From the IMG/VR virus record IMGVR_UViG_3300036971_000130: a DNA stretch of 64,000 nucleotides; one strand, 5' to 3'. The position numbers and the translations under genes were made by a program. Below, one piece after another: positions 57,121 to 64,000 of this stretch (the stretch's first letter is position 1; every line of letters begins with the position of its first letter). The DNA comes from a virus. Its lineage: Duplodnaviria; Caudoviricetes. The notes under the pieces were generated by a model. That model was not told where the DNA came from, did not search any database, and saw only the letters and a list, made by a program, of their open reading frames with translations.

Positions 57121-58137
57121 ATGGCTCAGGTACGAGGCAACGAGGTTGGTCTGGTCCGACCGGGCGTGAGTGGTGGCGCTTTCGCTCCGGGGATGAAGGC
57201 CGACGGTCAGGTCGGTGATCTCACGACCGGTGTGAAGGACCAGGCGACCGACTGGACTGAACTCGAAGCGTTCATGTCCTTCGATCGGGTCGTGGTCAGG
57301 AACTCGGATGGCTCTCTTACCGAGTACGACGGGGAGGATGCCAGGTTCCCCGACCTCGAAGGTCCGTTCGACTACGACCGCTACACCGACGATGACGAGT
57401 TCATCACCGGTCGTGATTGGGTGCCTGTGAGGGTCCCCAATGCGACCTTCGACGGGAGGATGTCCGGCTCTGGCTCCGATCGTGACCAGCACTTCTACGA
57501 ACTCGGAGGGGCGATCCTGGATTCTCCGGCCAACGGGGTCTACGTCCGCATCGCTCTGGCAGGCGACGAATGGATGGTCCTCCGTCACCGCAGTGCTGGC
57601 GTCTACCCCTACGAGGTCACCGAGCTTCTCGGCCCTGAGCCGAAGACGATCGACGAGCACTTCGATCGGGTGAACCGGCTGCCGACCGAGTGGAAGAACA
57701 CCCCGGAGGATGTTGCTGGCAAGCTCGCTGTCGAAGGCGCAGAGCAGGCGATCCTCGATGAGTACCCGAACATCGACTCCGTCTACTGGGACGCCAGAAA
57801 CGGGCTGAACGACCCGTGGTCGACCATGTACCTCCGAGACGTTCAGAACTTCCGTGACGCCGAGGAAGCGGTCGTGATGAAGGCACGAGGTCTGGGTGTC
57901 GATGGCAACATCCGGGGCGGTCTGAACGCTCCCGACCTGGATCTCGACGACGAAGCTGCGGTCTCAGCAGCCATCCACCGCAGGGGTCGTGAGATCCACG
58001 ATCCGAAGGTCATCAGGGCCTTCCAGTCGCTCATGGCCGACCAGATGGACAGCCACGGAGACCATGACGAGGCACACGTCGTCCGACATGCTCCCTACGA
58101 CGTGTTCCGGAAGATCATGCTCTACTCGATGGGCTGA
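57121..58137 (+). CDS. Paralog 3 of RPGVSGGAF family
   Basis: As above. Confidence 0.75.
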   Translation: MAQVRGNEVGLVRPGVSGGAFAPGMKADGQVGDLTTGVKDQATDWTELEAFMSFDRVVVRNSDGSLTEYDGEDARFPDLEGPFDYDRYTDDDEFITGRDWVPVRVPNATFDGRMSGSGSDRDQHFYELGGAILDSPANGVYVRIALAGDEWMVLRHRSAGVYPYEVTELLGPEPKTIDEHFDRVNRLPTEWKNTPEDVAGKLAVEGAEQAILDEYPNIDSVYWDARNGLNDPWSTMYLRDVQNFRDAEEAVVMKARGLGVDGNIRGGLNAPDLDLDDEAAVSAAIHRRGREIHDPKVIRAFQSLMADQMDSHGDHDEAHVVRHAPYDVFRKIMLYSMG

Positions 58138-58204
58138 ATGTCTGATTCTCCCATGGCGACAGGCTAGAAGTCACACGTTCAAGTAGACCGTCTTAGGAGA
58201 TTCC

Positions 58205-60982
58205 GTGGCTACTGAACGTGCATCGTTGCCGATCCCGTCGAACTTCGACCCTGAAGTCCACATGGCTGCACTTCAGGAGCACGTCCTGAAGACGGCTGGT
58301 GAAGGCTGGAAGATCACGACCGTCGACATCGAGAACCACAAGGTGATGATCGAGCGTCCGTCCTCGGTCACGATGACCGACAAGGGCACCGGGCAGCAGC
58401 GCAAGGCCACGCTTCAGGAAGGCGTTAAGAAGACCGACGCCGAGAAGTGGAACGCCATCTTCGCAGCCGACAACCCCGGCTACTACATGGTCTCCTTCGA
58501 CCCTCATAACCGCCAGGCGATCTTGGAGCAGATGTCCCCGGAAGCTCACCGGTGCCGTCAGTCCATCGCCAACGCCCTCGGGGTGAAGGAGTGGGAGGTC
58601 TACATCCGGCAGCGCAAGGACGGCTTCGAGTTCAAGCTCCCGCCGAACTACGTACCGTCGAAGCACCTCGACAAGATCACCGAGGTCGCCCACGACGTGA
58701 TCGGCAACATCGGTTGGCGTGTCGTGGTCAACGCCGAGAAGTTGCAGGGTCGGTTCATCATCGGTGATCCGCCGATCTTCCCGAACATGATCCCGTACCC
58801 CTTCCCGAAGGAGGCTTGGCCCTTCGATCCGAAGGGCAACTGGGCGAGCCACGGCGTCGGCCACGTCCTCGGTGGCGAGGAATTCTCCATCGACTTCAGC
58901 GCCACCCCTCACGTCGCCGTCGCCGGTACCTCCGGTGGTGGTAAGTGGCAGCCATCGCACACTCCGATCCCGGTGCCGGTCTCGGAGAAGTTCCGGAGCG
59001 GATGGGCGACGATGGGTGAGATCGAGCCAGGTGACTACGTCTTCGACCAGTTCGGCGTTCCGACGCTGGTGATCGCCAAGACCCCCGAGACCGAGCACGA
59101 GATCATCGAGGTGTCTCTCGACGATGGTCAGGTCATCGAGGTCTCCGAAGGCCACCTGTGGCGTGTCAGCACCCAGAAGGACCGGATCAACGAACTCGAC
59201 AGGGTGATGGCTCTCCGAGGCCACAACCCGACCGCCGAAGCCATCAAGCTCGTCGGCTACGGCCACCAGATGATCGAGGCGTCCCACGAGTTCGCCGGGC
59301 GATGCCTGGACGGAACCCTCGACGATCTCGTCTCGGCGCTGCCGGACGAGATCCAGCCGATCGCCCTCGAAGCTCTCAGCGGCTCCGAGTTGGACAACGA
59401 TGGCGTTGTGTCCGTGTCCGAGTGCCTCTGGACGGTCGGCACCTACCTGACGAGGACGATCCCGAACGGTGACGAGAAGACCCGTGTCGTCTCGACCAAG
59501 AACCTCTCCCCGTCGATGGGCCACGCCATCCGCCTTCCTCGTGAGGCGCTCGGCAAGCGTGCGGTGCAAGTCCCGAGCGTCTTCGAGATCAAGTCCTGGC
59601 TCTCCGCCGGGAACCTGTCCGAGAACCCCGTTCACGGCATCTACGACCGTTCCGAGATTCTCGACTCGATCGTGGCGTCCTACCGCAAGGCCACGTCCGA
59701 CGGTTCGATGATTCTGGTGTTCGAGACCGCTGAGATCGCCAGGGACGTTGTCCGCTTCGTCCGTTCTCTCGGTCGGAAGGCTCTCGTTCAGGACTGCACG
59801 GTCGAGATCGTCCAGCCACAGACCGTCGAGAGCAACACGACGATGCGAGGCCCGGTTCTCAGCCGCACCTCCGTCGGAGCTTCCTCGGCAACTCACCTCC
59901 ACATCACCGACGTTCACGCCACCGGACGCACTGCCTCCGGTCACTGCATCATGGTCGCCAACCCGTCCGGCGTCTACCTGACCAACGACTACGTGCCGAC
60001 CCACAACTCCATCCTGGTGCAGTCGCTCATCGTCTCGGCCCTCACGAAGCAGTGGGGCCTCGTCATCGTCGACCCGGTCAAGGGTGGTGTCGACTTCGCC
60101 CCGTTCCAGCAGTACGTCCGTGACAGCGGATGGGGCTGTGAGTCCCTCGAAGAAGCGGTCACCGCTCTCGACATCGTCTACCAGGAGGGCGTCAAGCGGA
60201 AGAAGATGGTCAAGGACGCCGGGGTCCAGAAGTGGTCTGAGCTTCCGCTCTCCCTCGGCATCCGTCCGATCCTGGTCGTGACCGATGAGGTCTCGTCCAT
60301 GCTCATCCCGGAGACGGTTCCGAAGCTTCCGAAGGACGACCCCATGGTGATCGAGGTCACCAACCGCAACGCCTGCAAGTCCAAGATCGGCATTCTCATG
60401 GGCAAGATCGCCCGTGAGCTTCGATTCGTCGGAGTCCACCTCGTCGTGTCCTCCCAGGTCTCCCAGTCCGCAACCGGTGTCTCCACCGAGCTTCGATCGA
60501 ACCTCGGTACCAAGCTCCTGCTCGGCGTGAACCCGACCGACGGCACCCGTGCCCTGTCGCTCAACAACAAGGACGCTGTCCCGAAGGTCCCGCAGCACAT
60601 CGCTGAGGACAAGGTGATGAACCGTGGTGTCGGTGTTTTCGAGCGTGAAGGCACGCCGCCGGTCGGCGTGATGAAGGGCTACTTCGCCAGCATGGACGAC
60701 TTCACGAACTTCCTCGTGTCCATCGGCACGAAGAAGACGGCTGTGCCACGCCCCAGTGCCCGTGAGATCCAGAGGTCGTCTCCTGGTGGCATCTCGTCGA
60801 TGGACGAGGACTACAGTGGAGGCGGGGACGATGAGCCGCCGACCAGAACGTCCGGCTCCAAGCCGATCATGGCTTCGGTGTCCGCCCCGAAGCCCGAGGC
60901 CCTTGCACGTCCAGCCGAAGTCTGCTCGACTTGCGACGGCCCCATCAACCCGCTAACCGGTGAGTGCAACTGCTCAATCTAA
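58205..60982 (+). CDS. FtsK/SpoIIIE-family ATPase with intein
   Basis: PHVAVAGTSGGGK|S, VDPVKG, VVTDEV, ELRFVGV, RGVG; C-terminal CxxC..CxC. Confidence 0.88.
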   Translation: MATERASLPIPSNFDPEVHMAALQEHVLKTAGEGWKITTVDIENHKVMIERPSSVTMTDKGTGQQRKATLQEGVKKTDAEKWNAIFAADNPGYYMVSFDPHNRQAILEQMSPEAHRCRQSIANALGVKEWEVYIRQRKDGFEFKLPPNYVPSKHLDKITEVAHDVIGNIGWRVVVNAEKLQGRFIIGDPPIFPNMIPYPFPKEAWPFDPKGNWASHGVGHVLGGEEFSIDFSATPHVAVAGTSGGGKWQPSHTPIPVPVSEKFRSGWATMGEIEPGDYVFDQFGVPTLVIAKTPETEHEIIEVSLDDGQVIEVSEGHLWRVSTQKDRINELDRVMALRGHNPTAEAIKLVGYGHQMIEASHEFAGRCLDGTLDDLVSALPDEIQPIALEALSGSELDNDGVVSVSECLWTVGTYLTRTIPNGDEKTRVVSTKNLSPSMGHAIRLPREALGKRAVQVPSVFEIKSWLSAGNLSENPVHGIYDRSEILDSIVASYRKATSDGSMILVFETAEIARDVVRFVRSLGRKALVQDCTVEIVQPQTVESNTTMRGPVLSRTSVGASSATHLHITDVHATGRTASGHCIMVANPSGVYLTNDYVPTHNSILVQSLIVSALTKQWGLVIVDPVKGGVDFAPFQQYVRDSGWGCESLEEAVTALDIVYQEGVKRKKMVKDAGVQKWSELPLSLGIRPILVVTDEVSSMLIPETVPKLPKDDPMVIEVTNRNACKSKIGILMGKIARELRFVGVHLVVSSQVSQSATGVSTELRSNLGTKLLLGVNPTDGTRALSLNNKDAVPKVPQHIAEDKVMNRGVGVFEREGTPPVGVMKGYFASMDDFTNFLVSIGTKKTAVPRPSAREIQRSSPGGISSMDEDYSGGGDDEPPTRTSGSKPIMASVSAPKPEALARPAEVCSTCDGPINPLTGECNCSI
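58946..60007 (+). mobile_element. Intein (354 aa) in Walker A, class-3 signature
   Basis: Starts WQP, GEIEPGDYVF, HLW, HCIMV, YLT..THN|S. Confidence 0.88.
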
Positions 60983-61042
60983 CCATGGACCGAGCGTCTG
61001 TGTGTAGAGATACCGGATAGCCACAACTCCACAGGAGAACCC

Positions 61043-61618
61043 ATGTTCATCGCAGCCGAAGACATCAACGCCATCGAGGATCACCCGAAGGGTGGGCTCT
61101 GGCCGTTCATCGTCGCCTTCTCCGACCACATCTACGCCGGTGATGACCGGACCGAACTCATGGGGCTCGTCTACGACGCCCTGGTGGTCGACTCGGTCGC
61201 CTACGGTGACAAGACCGTCGACGAGGCGTTCGAGGCACGCTATGACGTGTCCCTGTTCGCTGCCCAGGCGGTCCAGACGGCCGCTCTGGTCGCCGCAGCC
61301 GAGGCCGACGTGTTCGACCCCGTCGAGTGGGCTGGTGATCCGGTCAAGGACCAGCAGATGCAGGCGTTGTTCGCTCCGAGGACCGACGTGTTCGAGGGCA
61401 CCTGGGACTCGGACGTTCCGCTGACCATCGTCTCGGCCCACTACGCCCCCTTCACGCAGGTTCCGCTTCCCGAGGGCGAGAACGTCATCTGCATCGACCC
61501 TCGCAACGACGAGACGATGCTGAACACCCTCGCCGCAGTCGGCCTCATCGAGTTCTTCGAGCACGAAGACCTCGATGCCGTCTATGACCAGAGCGACCTC
61601 GACGAACCCGGCGAGTAG
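61043..61618 (+). CDS. Acidic hypothetical protein
   Basis: AGGAG SD. Confidence 0.7.
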   Translation: MFIAAEDINAIEDHPKGGLWPFIVAFSDHIYAGDDRTELMGLVYDALVVDSVAYGDKTVDEAFEARYDVSLFAAQAVQTAALVAAAEADVFDPVEWAGDPVKDQQMQALFAPRTDVFEGTWDSDVPLTIVSAHYAPFTQVPLPEGENVICIDPRNDETMLNTLAAVGLIEFFEHEDLDAVYDQSDLDEPGE

Positions 61619-61635
61619 CCTCCAATAGTTCTCAC

Positions 61636-63051
61636 ATGGGAACTGATCCGAACCTCGAAGGCCGACGCCGTGGAAACGGCGAGTTCGGCAACGCTGAACA
61701 CGCCGACGGCAACCGACCGAACCTTCTCGGACCTGGTGAAGTCGCCTGTTCCGACTGTGGCACGCCGACGAAGCGGACCTCTGGTCTCTGCCGGAAGTGC
61801 GACCCCGCTCGGAAGAAGGGTGGGGCAGCAGCGGCGACCCCCACGAGGGCTCAGAAGCAGCCGAAGAAGTCGGCCATCGTCGATGACTCCAAGCCGTCCC
61901 TGACCCCCGATCAGGTCAAGCAGTGCGAGTACGGGAACGTCCCTGTCGTACGTCGTGGAGCGATCGTCGAGGGCCAGGTCCACCGGTGCAAGCTGGCGAC
62001 CACCGGAGAGTTCTGCCACCGCCACGGAGGCACATCTGGTGAGTCACTCGGTCGCACCTACGCCAAGGCGATGGCCGAGGCCGAACGAGGCCAGTGCTTC
62101 CCGCTGAAGGACGAGCACTGGGAGCAGACCGAGGAACGGATCGAGCTTGCCGCCGCCGACCTCGTCAACATGCTCGACACCGACTTCAGCGAAAGCATGA
62201 AGGCGATCCTGGCGTTCGCCCATGCCAAGCGCACGAGTGGGAGCGGGCGCTTCTCATACAACAACCAGATGTACATGGTGGTGCAGTACGTCCACCGTGA
62301 GCGCAGGAAGGGCACCGACGAGAGCGAAGCCTGGGATCGGGCGATCGAAGCCTTCTCCGAGCCGCACCACACGAAGAAGGACTGGGAGAAGCTCGGCCGC
62401 ACCGTGAACGATGACGCCCTCGGTGTCGGTGTCGTGTGGACCACGTCGGCACGGATCAAGGAAGAAGAAGACCCGAACGACCCGACGGCTGACCCTGTGC
62501 AGACCTTCATCGGGTCCAAGGTCGGGTACCTCAACCAGTTCCCGCTCTCGGAGACCGAAGGTGAGCCGTTCGACCTTCCCGAGTACCCCGAGTTCGCCAA
62601 CACCCCTGAAGGTCACGGCGACCCGGAAGCTGCCATCGACTCGTTCGTCGACCTCGCCCACGACCTCGGCGTCGAAGTCGAGTTCTCCGACAAGCCCGTC
62701 TACGTCGGGGCGAAGAAGGTCGACGGCTACATGGATGCCGGGGCTAAGAAGATCGTGGTCGACTCCACGGTCGCCGGTGGCCGTGCATACTCCGCTCTGA
62801 CGCTGGCTCACGAACTCTCGCACTTCTGGCTCGAACACGGCACGGACGGCCAGAAGGAAACCACGGTGAAGGACCAGGAGCTTGCCGCTGAGTCGGCCGC
62901 TCACCTCATGTGTCTCCACCACGGGATCGACACATCGGACATGTCCTCCCGCTACCTCTCAGGCCACAGCCGAGGCTACCGGGAGACCGGACTTGGGCCG
63001 TTCCGTTCCGCCCTGAAGCTGTTCGACGACTACCTGACCGCCATCGACTGA
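61636..63051 (+). CDS. ArdC-like ssDNA-binding + HExxH metallopeptidase protein with Zn fingers
   Basis: FSYNNQ, KDWEKLGRTV, LAHELSH, ELAAESAA, SSRYL. Confidence 0.8.
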   Translation: MGTDPNLEGRRRGNGEFGNAEHADGNRPNLLGPGEVACSDCGTPTKRTSGLCRKCDPARKKGGAAAATPTRAQKQPKKSAIVDDSKPSLTPDQVKQCEYGNVPVVRRGAIVEGQVHRCKLATTGEFCHRHGGTSGESLGRTYAKAMAEAERGQCFPLKDEHWEQTEERIELAAADLVNMLDTDFSESMKAILAFAHAKRTSGSGRFSYNNQMYMVVQYVHRERRKGTDESEAWDRAIEAFSEPHHTKKDWEKLGRTVNDDALGVGVVWTTSARIKEEEDPNDPTADPVQTFIGSKVGYLNQFPLSETEGEPFDLPEYPEFANTPEGHGDPEAAIDSFVDLAHDLGVEVEFSDKPVYVGAKKVDGYMDAGAKKIVVDSTVAGGRAYSALTLAHELSHFWLEHGTDGQKETTVKDQELAAESAAHLMCLHHGIDTSDMSSRYLSGHSRGYRETGLGPFRSALKLFDDYLTAID

Positions 63052-63251
63052 AAGGCTCTGGTGTGACCCATGAGCGACCTGAACCCAACCACGACCGACC
63101 ACGACGAGTGGACTCCCGAGAACCCCGACTTCAGCGAGCCGTCCGAAGCCCTGAACGAGTTCATCGAAGCCGTATCCCTTGGAGCAGCCGACGGCGAACC
63201 GGACGACTGAGAAGCTGACACAGCTTCTCGATCGCCGCCAATAGTTCAGGT

Positions 63252-64000
63252 ATGGCAAAGCACACCACTCGACGCAGGGACAACGGCAAGGTCGGAAACG
63301 GCGGCATGTTCGATAAGAACATGTACGGGTTCGGCAAGCTCGACGTTCTCACCACCGACGAGCTTGCTGCACGTCGCAAGCAGTTGGAGGACCGGGGCTA
63401 CGTTCCCGCTGTGTCGTCCTCGACCAGCCTCGACCCGACCAGCACCAAGCACCTCCGTGCCTGGTGGGACGAGAAGTTCGTGACCGCCGAAGTCGGAGGG
63501 GCGAAGGGCTCCTACGCCGTCATGCCCGACGACTACACGCCCGGCATGACCTCCGGCGAGGCCCTCTCCGGCCACCGTCGCACCCACCGCATGCTGTACG
63601 AGGGTGCTGGCGTCAAGCTTCGGATGCCGTCGGCCACGTCCATCAGGAAGTTCTCGAAGGAGAACGGTGATGGCCGCACCTTCGACGTTCCCGTCTCCGC
63701 CGAGTACGACGGCGGCACCGTGCAGGGCATGGTCCGTGTCACCCGTGTCGGCAAGGAGTACCACGTCGACGGTCTCGGCTTCTCCGACGCCGCCAACGAG
63801 CAGGTCGCTGAGGCTGTCTCGGCCGTCCTCGGTTCCCGCCGGGTGACCACCGCCCTGGCTCACGCTGGCAACCTGGCCGAGCGTCGTCGTGCTCGCATCG
63901 CCGACGAGGGCACCGCTCTCGTCGACCCCAAGTCCTCCTGGATCGAGGGCATGGGCTACGAGGACGACCAGGGCATGATGGTGATGACCACGAAGCCACA
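63252..64000 (+). CDS. Hypothetical protein, runs off window; possible KTSC-like domain at end
   Basis: Open frame from leaderless ATG; MAKHTTRRRDNGKVGNGGMF; SSWIEGMGYEDD. Confidence 0.7.
   Translation, partial: MAKHTTRRRDNGKVGNGGMFDKNMYGFGKLDVLTTDELAARRKQLEDRGYVPAVSSSTSLDPTSTKHLRAWWDEKFVTAEVGGAKGSYAVMPDDYTPGMTSGEALSGHRRTHRMLYEGAGVKLRMPSATSIRKFSKENGDGRTFDVPVSAEYDGGTVQGMVRVTRVGKEYHVDGLGFSDAANEQVAEAVSAVLGSRRVTTALAHAGNLAERRRARIADEGTALVDPKSSWIEGMGYEDDQGMMVMTTKP

Overview
High-GC, Actinomycetota-like DNA from a large mobile element (megaplasmid/ICE or giant phage). No virion, replication or housekeeping genes are present, so the element type cannot be fixed. Contents in order: (1) a type I-C cas3-cas5-cas8c(+cas11)-cas7 operon with no cas1/cas2 in the window, a degenerate short-spacer mini-array and a Cas4/RecB-like nuclease; (2) a NERD + FtsK/SpoIIIE operon; (3) about 46 tRNA/tRNA-like genes covering all 20 amino acids, an RNase P RNA, a ~600-nt structured ncRNA candidate, and Ro60/TROVE with two Y-RNA-like units; (4) many small leaderless genes behind a repeated TGGACA/TTGACA-N17-CATGAT promoter, including ArdA-like, HD, HAD, AlkB, MTase, truncated RtcB, lipoproteins, an NAD-reconstitution-like operon (PRS-like + NAMPT-like + NrtR with its operator) and an ADP-ribosylglycohydrolase; (5) a second FtsK with a class-3-type intein, and an ArdC-like protein. 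Most novel signal: tRNA clusters are preceded by short leader ORFs whose codons match the downstream tRNAs. A 40-codon leader containing all amino acids except Leu/Tyr, with a terminator/antiterminator, precedes the array that lacks only Leu/Tyr tRNAs, and a Leu/Tyr-codon leader precedes the Leu/Tyr cluster. Second signal: genes behind a distinct CAATAGTTC promoter share an N-terminal R..GxF motif. All calls are by eye; no searches were run.
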